This document shows positions 37,650 through 50,516 of a DNA stretch of 64,000 nt, one piece after another. A program made the translations under genes and the position numbers. The notes under the pieces are model-generated. The model was not told the DNA's origin and made no database searches. It was given only the letters and a program-made list of their open reading frames with translations. The stretch's first letter is position 1; every line of letters starts with the position of its first letter. The stretch covers positions 26,226 through 90,225 of the forward strand of contig NW_003314440.1 of assembly GCF_000143415.4 (NCBI RefSeq), read 5' to 3'. This DNA is from Selaginella moellendorffii (Eukaryota; Plantae; Lycopodiophyta).

Positions 37650-40287
37650 AAGGTTCCCCAGAAAAGAATTAAGCATTGTAACCCAAGTCTTTTAATAGCA
37701 AGCCTAGACAAAATGGTATAGCATTTCATCACTATTCATCTCATGATTCACCACTTGATTTGTTCTCTTGGGGCAACCTTGCTGATAGACTAGCTTCCAT
37801 CATATGTGATCCTCCCCATATCTCATGGGGCACCATACACCTCAGTCCAAATGCTTCAACCAATCCCTTAGGACCGTTTCTTGACTCCACTTGAGTCCTC
37901 CAGCATTTTAGACTTTGCTAATCCAACGACCTGCGAGGTCTTGGTCTTAGAGGTGCTAACTTGCTGGAATACAACTTCTTGTATTCAGGTCCTGCTCACA
38001 AGGACCATCTTTGCAAGTGTTCCTCCCACACTTGATTTGTTCTCTTGGGGCAACCTTTTGCCCCTTAGGACCACTTGTCCATGTGATGAGAATACCAACT
38101 CATCCTCTAAATACACCCCCAACTCTTTGGGTTGTTCCAGCATTTATTAGAGGTAGCCCCGGCTACCATTTCGAGGACTCGTGTCCTCATCCATACTTGA
38201 CCTCTCACGGTCATCCATTCCGGTTTCACCTTCATGAGCACCAGCCTCAACTATGTGAGGATAAACTTGTGACTCCTTTATTGTTTTTGGAGTCTCTATC
38301 TTCCCCGTGATCCCAACTATAGTTGTTTACCCCAACTACATTAGCCCGTTTGCTGAGTCAAACGCTCATCTGGATCACCTCCTCAACTCAATGAGGAAAA
38401 CCTTGCACTGTTCCCAAGATCCCAAAGTCGTTCCATTATTGGCCCCTTTTCTATCCACCACCTTGTCTACAAGTTCACACATGAACTGTAATGGAGAGCC
38501 ATGTCTTCCCAACCTGCTACTCCTCAAGGATAGGCCCACTTCTCGGACCTTCCGTTGCCAACACCAGTGGTGATATACTTGAGCACCAATAAAAGTCAGA
38601 CTAAGGAACAGCTCCGATACCAAATTGTAAGCGACTAAATTTTCCATTTTACTTTAGTCACTTAACCACACCTCCGACCACTTGGAGGAGTCTCATTCAC
38701 AACCTCCATAAGTCCAATCCAGGACTTAGGACTCGCTAGCCCCGAGAATGGCATCCATGCCACTCAACATTTGCACTTGGTCCGTGTGCTCCACGTGTCC
38801 GATCCCATGACCGACACTCAAAGGTACCACCGACATAGCAGCCCGTTACGCTAAGGCCATGCCCAATCACCTTTGCCACACTAGTAGTCCAATACCACTT
38901 GCATCACAGTCTTGGCTCTCCACGACTAGGCAAAACATCCATGAGTGGTCATCTCAGATCCACTCCTTAGCATCCTTAGGATGCCCACCGACAAGGGGAA
39001 TAGCCTTCCCCAATATCCCTCTGTCAGTCCCCACTAAGTCCCTTTCTGCCCCTGGCCGTGTTTGCCAACACGGCAACTGGATCGAGACCCACAGGCCCGA
39101 CCACTAAGTCCCACGGTCCTCTGGGACTTCCTCACCACACGACTGTGTCCTTGGTCACTACCCCAGAGGACTGCTCCTCTTCCTTTCCACAGTCTGGGCC
39201 TTTGGGACAACATTTCGGAACACCGTGGCCTTACGCGAGCCACTTGGGTACTCTCCTCGCCTTCTGCCCTTGGGTGCTCTAGCCATGGGCTTAGAGCGAG
39301 GTTTCGTTGAGCCACGCTTGGTATCCAAGTAGGTAGTGCCACCCACACTTGGACTGGGAGCATCGGCCAGTCGATCTCCCGAGGGAATTAGAGCCGGCTC
39401 TTGAACACTTCACCAAGCTACCCAGCTTGTCGGTCCGTATTCACTCTAGTCTTGGACTTCCCAGTGATCAGTTCATCACCCAACACTGGGTATGGCCTTC
39501 CTGGGCCAAACTGGTCCTTCCTGGGCCAAACTGGCCCTTCCTGGCCAAACTGGCTCCACTGGGCTCCAACCCCCACACTCTCCCTACTAAACTTTTGGAA
39601 CCCCCCGCAGCCCCCCCCCCCCTGGGGGACGATCGCTTTGGGCTTTCACCCAACTGCCTGTATTAGTATTCGGACTTGGACTCGGGCTCGAACTCGGACT
39701 CGGACTCGGTCTCGGTCCTGGTTTCGGACTCGGACTCGGTCTCGGTCTCGGCTTCGGCCTCGGTCTCGGTCTTGGGTCCATCTCGGACTCCATCTCGGAC
39801 TTCATCTCGGATCCATCTCGGACTCCATCTCGGACTCCATCTCGGGTCCATCACGGACTCCATCTCGGGTCCATCTCAGACTCCATATCGGACTCCATCT
39901 CGGACTCCATCTCGGACTCCATCTCGGACTCCGTCTCGGTCCATCTCGGACTCGATCTCGGGTCCATCTCGGGTCCACCTCGGACTCCACTTCGGACTCC
40001 AACTCGGACTCCACTTCGGACTCCACCTCGGACTCCATCTCGGGTCCTTCTCGGACACTACCATGTGTCATGTGTTGGTCCTTTTGGGTCCCTTTTTGGA
40101 GCCTCGCTTATTGCTCGTTTTGTACTCATTCCTCGAGCCCTTCATTAGGAGTTCCACTCCCGCTCTCGACCTTTCAAGGCAGAGCTTTTGGCCCAAACGT
40201 GCTACACTCGTTTGGCTTTCGCTTCGGCCACTACCATGTGGCACCCTTCCGGCTCCACTTTGGGGCCTAGGGATTTTGTGTCTCACA
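37650..40287 (-). mobile_element. Minus-strand Gypsy 5' LTR (38626-40287) + PBS + decayed gag, inserted into copy 2
   Basis: On minus the LTR runs TGTGAG...CTTACA followed by TGGTATCGGAGC (38611-38622). It carries the ~12-bp repeat array and GGGTGAAAGCCCAAAG/G-run motif, and abuts the host pol frame at 40288. Confidence 0.75.
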
Positions 40288-43200
40288 GTGTTGAGGCGAT
40301 GGTTCGTCCCCTCTATTATTTGAACGAAAAAAAAATTGAGGAGCTCAAGTGCCAACTAAAGGAGTTGGTGGACAAAGGGTATATTAGGTTGAGCAAATCG
40401 CCATATGGGGCACTAATGTTATTTGTAAAAAAGAAAAATGGATCTATGCGCATGTGCATAGACTACCAGTTGCTCAACAAGTATACAAAGAAGAACAAGT
40501 ACCCTTTGCCAAAGATTGAGGACCTGTTCAATAGGTTGGGAAATGCAAAATACTTCTCGAGGATTGACATAAGGTCAGGATACTACCAGATTAGGGTAGC
40601 AAAGTAAGATGTCAAGAAGACAACCTGTTGAACAAGGTATGGGAGCTTTGAGTTTCTAGTGATGCCCTTTGGGCTATGCAATGCGCTGGCAATGTTTTCG
40701 GTGTTAATGAACCACATCTTTGTACCCTATCTGGATCACTTTGTGGTCGTCTATATTGACGACATCCTAATCTATAGCGAAACGCTAAAGGAGCATGCCG
40801 AACACTTGACGAAGGTGTTTGAGAAACTAAGGGAACACCAACTGTATGCTAAAGAGAGCAAATATGACTTTGCTCAACAAGAGGTAAAGTTTCTCGGGCA
40901 TGTGCTGAGCAAAGAGGGGCTCAAAGTGGACCCTAAGAAGGTCCAAGCGATTCAAGATTGGGAGCGACCATCGAATGTACATGAGTTAAGAGCATTTTTA
41001 GGGCTATACAACTACTACCGAAAGTTTATCAAACACTATTCGAAAGTAGCCCTGCCCTTAACAGACCAAACTGGAAAGGGAAGATGGTATGGACAACGGA
41101 ATGCGAGGCAGCATTTTTCCACCTCAAAGGGAAGTTGAGGAAAACTCCCGTGTTGGCATTACCAGACTTTGGTAAGGACTTTGAGGTAGAAATGGATGCT
41201 TCAGAATTTGCGTTGGGTGCATTTTTGAAACAAAACAACCATCCAGTAGCGTTCTTCTTAAAGAAGTTGGACAAGGCTCAAAGGAAGTGGCCTGCCTACA
41301 AGAAGGAATTGTTTACGGTGGTCAAGATGCTCAAGAAGTGGTGACACTACCTTGGGAGACACTTTAAGGTTTACATGGACAATGTGGCAACGACACACTT
41401 CTTGTCACAACCCGACCTAAGAGGGAAATAAGGTCGGTGGGCCAATGCTTTGGCTGAGTTTGATTGTGAGATTCTGTACAAGCCTGGGAAGAGCAACATC
41501 ATGGCAGATACGCTAAGTTGAAAAGTGAGCTTGAAGTTGGCGATATCTAGTGCGACAACAACCTTTTGGGATGATGTGCAGACAGCATATGAAAATGATG
41601 GTCTAACACAAGAAGTGTTCCTGAGGAATCTAGAGGCACGGGAAGCTCACCAGAGAGGTGAGCTGCCAATGGAAGAGAAAACGGGCTATGTGGAACGCAA
41701 TGGACTCATCTATTACAAGCAAACAAGGGTGTATGTTCCAGAAAGGGAACTAAAGAAGGTAGCCTTAGAAGAGTGTCATGACGGACCTCTTGCGGGACAT
41801 GGCAGAGTGCCCAAGACGATGGGCTTACTCAAGAGGAAGTATCATTGGCCAGATATGGCTAAGGACGTCCAAGATTATGTAAAGACATGCCCAACATGTC
41901 AGCAGGTCAAAGCCATGACTAAGGCTAGTGGGGGCTTGTTACAAAGCATCCCAATTCCAGATCATCCGTGGAAATGTCTTATGATAGACTTCATCACGGG
42001 ACTCCCCCCAAGTGAGGGGTTCGATGCGATATTCGCGGTAGTGGACCGATTTTTGAACATGGCACATTTCATACCCACCACAACGGAAGTGGATGCGGAA
42101 AGTGTGGCGAAGCTGTTCTTCGAACAAGTGGTTCAAGTGCGAGGAAGGCCAGAAGAGATTATCTCATATTGAGATAAGATCTTCACCAGTAGATTCTAGA
42201 GAACTCTCCTAAAATAGTATCGCACCAAGTTGAAATTCAGCACAGCTTATCACCCATAGACAGGTATTGGGTATTAAGTCAAGTTGGATGGCACTAACAC
42301 TTATTGATAGACGAACAAACGGAAAGGGTGAATAGGCAGTTAGACGATTATTTGCGATGTTATGTCTCGAGAGACTAGACCGATTGAGTAAGTCATTTAG
42401 GACTTGCGGAAATGTGTTATAACAACTCACTACATTCGAGTATTGGGGTGAGTCCATAGGAAGTCATCAATGGGCGAGCTATTAAAGGTCCTGTGGAACT
42501 CAGCATGGCCGACTATCATGGAGAGTTACCCACAGTGGAGGCATTCACAGCGGAAAGACTCAACATTTGGAATCTAGTGAGGGATTCCTTGGAACGGGCT
42601 CAACAAAGGCAAACCAAGTACGCGAACTAGAAGCGCCGGGATGTAGAGTTCCAAGCTGGGGAGAAGGTGTGGTTGAACACCAAGAACCTTAGACTACCAA
42701 GTGGGATCAGCCGAAGTTGACCCAAAGGTAAAAATGCATGTATTTCTGTAAATGAATTGATCTTGAGTTCCTTAAACAGGTTCGCAAAGCCTTATGAGAT
42801 TGAGGCACGAATCAGTAATGTGGCTTATCGTCTTCGACTTCCTCGAGAGATGGGAAAGATGTGCCCAATGTTCCACATGAACTTACTCAAGCAGTACTTT
42901 GAGGATTTGCTTCGCAAGGACCAAGTAAGACCTTTACCTGAGGTTATCCAAGGGGAAGAGGAATATGAAGTCGATGCCATCCTCAATGCGCGCAAGAGCA
43001 AGCGACAAAGACGCAAGGTGAGAGAGTTCCATGTGAAGTGGAAAGGATTTCCACACTGCGAAGCAACATGGGAACCGGAGGAGAACCTAGTGAACGTGCG
43101 AAATATAATGGAGGAATTTCTGTGAGGCAGAACTCTATGTATTTATGCAAAGTTCAATTAAAGTATCAATTGGTGAAGTTGAGCAATGGCATATGTTGGG

Positions 43201-44904
43201 ACCCGAAGGCACGCCAAAGGTAAGCTAATTAGCATGGGTTAGCTAGGTCGACCAGGTGTAGGGAAACTACACCCAACTCCCCATGGGGATGTCAAATTCG
43301 TAAACGTATTCTACAAAGGTTGGGTTCAAGTCCCAACCCCCTAGTAAAGGAAGGCTGAGTTCAAGTCCCAACCCCATACTAAGGCGTGGTGGGGTGAGGG
43401 GTATAAGGACACTTATATTCCGTTGTCATGGGCTCTTGGCCGGGGAGGCTAACTTAGGCACACCGCTAAGTGGGGGGATGCCCCTGGAGACATGGTCAAC
43501 AAGTCGTAGGATAAAAAAAGACGTTTGATGTGGGCATCGAACTTCTTCTATGGGTGGTGGAGTTGTAAGGAACCAACTCCCTGAGGTGTTGTAGGCTAAA
43601 GGATCCCCAAAAGCATGACTGAAATGACAAAGAGTTCATCGGATAGGACTGAGTCTGAGATTGAGTCCAAGACCGACTTTGAGACCGAGTTCAAGATAGA
43701 GTCCAGGATCGAGTCCGAGGCCCCGACTCGGAGACCAAGTTCGAGACAGAGTTTGAGACAGAGTCCAAGATCCGAGACCGAGTCCGAGGTCGAGTCCGAA
43801 GTCAAGTCCGAGATCGGGTTCGAGATCGAGTCCGAGATCGAGTCCGAGATAGAGTCCGAAGTCGGGTCCAAGATCGGTCCAAAATCGAGTCCGAGACCGA
43901 GTTCGAGTACTAATACAGGTCAAGGGGTGAAAGCCCAAAGCGTGCGTCTCCTGGGAAGGGGGGGGGGGGGCTGCAAGGGGTTCCAAAAGTATAGTAGGGA
44001 TAGTGAGGTTCAGGAACTAGTCTTGAAAAAACTCTCCAGTGGTGCTTCCAAACTGACTTGAGGTTGAGACTGGGGCCGAGGGGCCTTAGGTGGGAGTGAG
44101 CATGGACTCGGGTGGTGCTGGAGGGGCCACCCAAAGAAGTGCTCAAGAGCAACTCCCACTCCCGAAAGGGAAACCGACTGCAGTGCTCTCGGCTCATGTG
44201 GAGTGGTGCCCCACTTGAGTACCTTGTGGCTCATTGGTCCTCACCCTTCCTAGGGGCTTGGGCCTTCCCTTCGGGATGGAAGTGGGGGGGTAGAGGTACC
44301 CATACCGGGCCTTAGGCCACGGTGTTTCGCCCCGGTGTCCTGAAGCAAGTGTTGCACCCAAGGCTTGGGATTTAGAGAGTCCCATGATCAAGTCTTGTGG
44401 TACCAAGGGATGTTATGAACCTGGAGGCTTGGTGTGCTTGGCTGCTTGTGCCTGCAAGGAGTGTAGCCAAACCTTAAGTCCAGTCTAACCCAGGGAGGTG
44501 TAAGCAACCAAAAGGAACGACTCGAGAAACAGTCCATAGGGGTTCAAATATAGAGGGAAAGGGCCTATGAACAAGAGTGCACCCCCTTTTCCAATCGGTT
44601 AAGGGTCTTGGGATATTTGGGGTTAAGCGTCCTTGGGTTTGAATAGTATAGGGCTGGGTGACCTCCCGGGAAGTCCAAACTCAAGAACTTACAGGAGGGG
44701 GATTGGGAGAAATTTGGGAATCCGTGGATGGATGGCTAACGCTCCGTTGCTCGTGCAGTGAGTAGCTAAAACTAAGTAGGACCAAGTAGGAGCTGGTACA
44801 ATAAGCGGGAGCCTTGGCAAGGGAACTTAGCAAAAACCAAGGCAGTGTTAATCGAATAAACGAGGTAAGCTAACAAATTGGAAAGGAAAAATTTGTGGCT
44901 TACA
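40288..44904 (+). mobile_element. Ty3/Gypsy chromovirus copy 2 (5'-truncated: RT-RNase H-integrase-chromodomain, 3' UTR, 3' LTR 43564-44904)
   Basis: Collinear and highly similar to 1520-5551, with multiple stops and frameshifts. Confidence 0.93.
44499..44693 (+). mobile_element. Cassandra-like TRIM solo LTR (195 bp) carrying a 5S rRNA-derived segment
   Basis: TGTAAG...CTTACA termini and a 5-bp TSD GGAGG (44494-44498, 44694-44698). Absent from the sister LTR at ~5342. 44621-44676 resembles the plant 5S core GTTAAGCGTGCTTGGG...AGTA...GGATGGGTGACCTCCTGGGAAGTCC. Confidence 0.88.
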
Positions 44905-44984
44905 AGCGCCCTCTATTTGGAACCAACACCATTGTGCTTAGAACAATTTCTATATTTTGTAAATATGCCAAAATTAGCAAATCT

Positions 44985-45430
44985 AGACATTTTCCATAAA
45001 TAGCAATTGTTTTGAATAGAATTAACAAAAAGTGCATAATAGCAAGAGTGTCTTGGCGGACACGATAAGAAATTATTTAGAAAATATTGAGGAAGCTCAA
45101 TATCAGGGGGGGTGGCTCCCAACACTAGCAAATGCAAGCTAACATATAAGTTCTTCAAACTGAGCCAAACATGCTCAACAAGAAATACATAGGAGTTCCT
45201 ACCAAATCTAAACACTTTCCATAAATAGCAATTGGGATTGAATGGAACTAACATAAAGTGTATGATAGCAAGAGTGTTTTGGCATACACGATAAGCTATC
45301 ATTTCGGAAATATTAAGGGACCAAACTCAATATTGCGGGGGTTCTCAGCACTAGCAAATGCAAGCTAACATATAAGTTTCTCATACTGGGCCAAGTATGC
45401 TCAGCAAAAAACATATAGGAGTTCTTACCT
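44985..45430. repeat. Imperfect tandem duplication (~225-235 bp unit)
   Basis: TTTCCATAAATAGCAATT...CACTAGCAAATGCAAGCTAACATATAAG...ATAGGAGTTC occurs twice. Confidence 0.75.
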
Positions 45431-45894
45431 TATGTTTATCCGGCATAAGTACATATATGATGACTAGTTTCTCAACTAGTTTAAGTGAAGATTGATAAAA
45501 GATTAGCAATATTGACCTCCTGCCGTTATAGCAACAAGGAAAGAATATCTAAAAAGATTAGCCAATAGGTAATTTTTGATACTTGTAATCACATTCATAA
45601 CACAATCTTCATGACCTTCATAAAATTTCTCCAAAGTTTATTTGTGAATTTTGAGTCTAATTTCCATTGGCAAACCAAATTGAGGAAAGTCACACTCAAG
45701 GTATACTACAGCCAAGTTCACACTCTTTATTGCCTTTTTTAGAGAAATCAACTTTATAAAATTGGTTAAGCAATCCATAATGACTTAAGCTTGTTCATTT
45801 TACCTTTGTGTTTTTTTGCAAATACATAATAAAATCCATGGATATGCTTATCTATCTTATAAACTCCTAAATTTGGACTTCTTGGGAGGTTATC

Positions 45895-46182
45895 CAACTT
45901 AATATTACTCAAACCTAAATATACTTTACCAAACTGGATCACAAGATGTCAATCTCAACATGCAATTGTACCCAAGACCGCTCTAATACCAACTTAATAC
46001 TACTCAAACCTAGATAAAACTTTACCAAACTTGATCACTAAGTGTCAATATCAACATGCAAATGAACTCAAGACCGCTCTAATACCAACTTAGTACTATT
46101 CAAACATAAATATACTTTACCAAACTGGATCACTAGGTGTCAATCTTAACATGCAATTGAACTCAAGACTACTTTAATACTA
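45895..46182. repeat. Three-copy ~95-bp tandem repeat
   Basis: CAACTTAATAYTACTCAAACC...CTTTACCAAACT...CAAGACCGCTCTAATAC starts at 45895, 45990 and 46086. Confidence 0.8.
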
Positions 46183-49100
46183 AATGTAAATTCTTGAATT
46201 TGGATTTCTTGAAATGTTATTTAGCCTAATATTACTCAAACCCAAAGACACTTAACCTTATATATTCTTGAGATTTTTGCTTACACATTTATCCTCTAGG
46301 ATAGCCAATAACACCAAAAACCCCATTAGTTTTTCCTTTAGTACCTTCACTTGCTAACAATTCTCCCATACTCAAGAATGTCATTTTTCATATTCTTCTA
46401 AAAGAACTTGGGTTTGATCAACTTATAAGTCTACTTCTAATATCAGTTATTAGAACCTAAGGAAGAATTACCACACTAATGCAAAGCAAATCTCCACCTA
46501 GCCATTCCCAAGCCCTCTTCACCACTACTCAGTTGCATGCTCCACCTCCAACTGTCCTTGATTAGTCATGAACTAATTTATCGTAAAATAAACTGACTAA
46601 ATTTAACTTAGTCATACTTTATGCCATATGGATTAATATTAATGCCAGGAATTATGACATTTATGGGATCAACTCTTACACCAGACATAAAAATAAAATA
46701 CTTAAGATATCCAATCCTTTCTAAGAAAAACTAATGATGGATGGTTTAACATGAATCCATTGCCTTAATCAATCTTTGTGAAATATTGAGCACCAAAAAA
46801 AGGATAGAGAAATTCGTCAATACAAGGGATTGAAAATATATTATTCACCATCCTATCATTCAATCCTTTCTGGTTCACATAAGGACACTTTAAACCATTT
46901 TTTTCTTAACCATCACCACTGAAGCAACCTAAGAAGACAATAAACCTGAAGAGATGTAGGCCAAGAATTTCACCACCATTTGGAATATGGCTGGGTATTG
47001 GTAAGCCTATGATATCATTATTGGAAACAAGAATTATCCCTGGTGAGTGCAAAACATTGTCTTATACCAATCTTTTACTTTTACTACTATCTAGTAATAA
47101 CTAGAGGGAAAATCAATCTAATTACTCGCCAAGATCATCCAATAACTCTTCCATATGCAGAAATAGGAGTCCTTGTTCAGGCCACTATAATCCACCAACT
47201 ACCATCTTTTTTTAAGACTAGCAAGGAATACATTGGTCCTTGGCATGATGAGGTCAACTCCTCCATATTGCAGTTCTCTCATCTCACCTAAAACATTTTG
47301 TATTCTCTTAAGAACTCCTAAGAATTGAATTTTAGGTATTAGAGTTTCAAAAACAACTTTCTGGGCATCTAGTTGGAGATTTCTATCAGAGTGAGCCTTA
47401 GGCCAAATTACAACACAATTCAACAATCCCACAAACTTGATTTTGTTCTTGATACTGCCATGGCAATGAGCTTAAGCACAAAAAGTGAATAAAGGAATAT
47501 CAAAATTAAATGAGTAGAAAACTGTCTAAATATTAGCTTTTAAATCACAAAAGAAGATTGATTTTTTTATTAATTATAAATATAGCATATTGCAAAACAC
47601 ACTATAATCTAATCTTGGGCTTATTACAATAGGGTGCTTCTGATAGAATTTAAATGGGAATTCGGTGGTTGCTCTTGTTTCTACTGACTCTTAAATTTTC
47701 CCTCCCATTAATCATTATAAATGAGTCTCCCACTTTCAAAATCATTAATCCATATGAAGAGCTTACTGCTTAATAAGCCTTGGTCCATTTTGTTGTCTTG
47801 ACCACCAAGAAATAAGCTGATTTAATAGAAATAAATTATAAAACATTAAGAGCCAATGGATTGGGGAAAACAATAATATCCCTTCATTTTAAAATTCATA
47901 TAAATTGCAACAAATAAATGCAATTTATAAATCAGCTATAAATTAAATCAATTTAATATTTCAATTAAGTCATTAAAGAAAGTCTAAAATTGATTTTGCT
48001 ATTAGGGTTTTCATATACAGAAATGACTTTTTATTTAAGCTAAAAAAATTATCATTATGACTTATAAATTTAGTTTGTAAAATTGAAAATGCCAGAAATA
48101 ATTTAAGTATCAACTCTATAATAAAACTGCCTTTCTTTTGGTTTCAAGAAGTTAACAGTGGTCCACTGTTGTTAGTCTAATTTAAGAAAAGTTTATAAAA
48201 CTTATAACTCAAAAAGTATATCATATTAATTGATAATTATTTTAAATCATTGTATGGCTAGCTTATACTCTAGTAACATGTGTATCACTAGTACTTTTAT
48301 GACTTCTATATTTTGAACTTATTAGTAAATAATATCCCAAATGGTTTTTTCTTGGCAATTAAACCATTTAAGATAGCTATCCAATGATTTTACCATTCAG
48401 GCCAAGAAACCAGGGCGTTGTATTTTGTTCTGCTTTGGCCTGAGAAAAAAAACTTTTTGAACTGCCAACAATTAATATTTTCTTGGTTGAAACCTAAAAG
48501 AGTGTTTAAATTTGGGACTTGTTAGTTCCATATGTTTTTTTTTTTTGTGCTTTTATGTGTGCAAATGTTTATGCTTTTGTGTGTGTAGAAAATCCATTTT
48601 CTTAAGCCTTTAGAGCCTGACACCCTGGTATAAATACATTCTTCCTGATTTTTTATTTCATGACTTTAGTGGCCATCCCCATATGAAGTGCATTGCCATT
48701 TCTAATGCTCCAGAGTTATTTCTACTTCTATGTACGGTTGATTTCTTGATCTTGTGAAGCTTGCTAGGAAACAGCTTTTGTGTTGCCACAGCCTAAGGCT
48801 AGTTTCATGTGGAAGTTTTGTTCTATAATACAATGGACATGTGTGGAAGTATTTTCTCAAATGAAGCACTAACAGAAGTAAAAGTTATTGGTTATCTTTT
48901 ATTTATTCTCTCAGCAGCACATCTCATGGTTGATTTGCATGGGATGCTAGGGATGCTATAATCTCTTCATTCTTAGTAGTAAGTACATAAATATTTCAAA
49001 TAAATATAAAAGCATTTGAGCCTAACTTGGTAGCTTACCATTTTTCTTTATATCATGCATCCCATCATATTGGTGGAGCTTAAATAAAAGATTAACAAAG

Positions 49101-49201
49101 AACTTTTAATCGTGGGAAATCTTCCACACAGGTGCATTGTATTATAAAAAACTGTTTCCATCTAAATATTTAATCTCTCTTACACTCATCAATGGTGGCA
49201 T

Positions 49202-49628
49202 TTAAGCTCTCTTCTCAGCCAGGGCGCTACACAGAGCTCTATAAGCGTTACCGCACATCTTGAACTTCTCTTCGGCGGTTTCCTACAAGAAAAGGTCAAG
49301 AAGCAAAGGTTACAAAACACGCAACTGCATTCATCAAACCTTGGTAGAGCCTTGGTGGCGGTCCGGGTGCCATTTCAATGCGGATGCACGGAAGCTGTGC
49401 GGCCACAAAAGAAACAGACATGGGTAAGAAACAAGGCACTAACGAGAACAAACTTACGCTGCTTTGAGCTGCTCCATTGTCAAGGAGCCTGCCGGAGGAA
49501 GCCCAAGAGCCAGGCGGTCCGACCTTTGTCCAACGGTGACTACAGGTTTCCCCTTGAACGTTTGTTCTACCCGAGGCCTGCTAGTCTTGTGATATTGCCT
49601 TCCAAACGTTGGATCGTCATCCCAGCCA

Positions 49629-49666
<38 letters not shown>

Positions 49667-50269
49667 CGACGAGTCTGACGAGTCCCATTCGTGCCACATC
49701 TTCTTAGCCCGTTCTTTCTGAGACCGAGGCCTACGCGTCTCAAAATCTGTGCACTCTTGAGTGATGTCCACAACGGAGACAGAAGACAGGAAACAAGTGC
49801 TTACCGGATAAATTCGTAAACTTCCTACAAAACCTCTCCCAGTCGCCTTCGTACTTCAAGTACGCCTCCCAGTCGTTTGTCTTCTTGGAGGTCACCTTCT
49901 TGCGATTCCACCGAAAGTCTTGCGACTTGGGCTTCGTTGATGTGTATGATCCCTGCATTGGCAGAAAAAGAAATCAGCCCAGCAAGCACCGCAAAAAAAA
50001 ACCGGGACCAGGACTAGCAGCTATAGTTTTGTGGCACTGGAAATGATCAACCTCGAGCTCACTAAATGTAACGTGGAGCCTCCAATTCAGTAAATCCTTG
50101 CGGTGTGCAGCCCTCTCTAAACGCCTCTCATATGCTACGAATTTCTGCCACACGAAAAAATCAATACCAGCGAAGAAAAAAAACGCATTTTTTCTTTGGC
50201 AAAGCTCAACTCACCTCACCTTGTGGCTATTGTCGGAATCGTAGCCCGTTCTCTGCAGCACCACAGCAT
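49202..50269 (-). CDS. DnaJ-domain chaperone family protein (C-terminal J domain), spliced; start uncertain
   Basis: Exons give SDRLALGLP..LKAA|FRASALKWHPDRHQG..|AEEKFK..AY..L, with an HPD motif and a poly-Asp tract from (GAC)n at ~49628-49670. Confidence 0.8.
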
Positions 50270-50516
50270 CGAGGAGATCAGAAGAAATGAGGGAAGAAAA
50301 TCACTCACATTTTTGTATTTGCACCGCCATTTCTCTTGCAGCGATGCTGAGCAATGGAACAAGCTTATATGCTGCTGCCGGAATGCATTGCAGCGCCTGC
50401 TCCCCTGTGCCAGCGCCATCCCCCGTCCCAAGCTCATCGCCGCCCATCCCCCTCCCTTCCCATGCTGCTCGGGTTTCCGAACCCTCCCAAAACCCTAGAG
50501 TAATTATCGTCATTAC

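Noticed and set aside
34900-37650. AT-rich, strand-skewed stretch that may be a highly decayed retroelement on the minus strand
   Set aside because: No motif could be read with confidence.
39670-40055. Regular short repeats (also 4505-4757 and 43630-43910) and the Ser/Glu- or SPR-repeat ORFs they generate
   Set aside because: These are degenerate tandem 6/12-mers inside LTRs with no unique spacers, so not CRISPR. The ORFs are by-products of the repeat.
44621-44676. Genuine 5S rRNA gene
   Set aside because: Only the central ~56 nt is 5S-like and it lies within a TSD-flanked LTR.
46200-49200. AT-rich region with short ORFs (47043..47291, 47199..47432)
   Set aside because: No recognisable domains or coherent splice structure.
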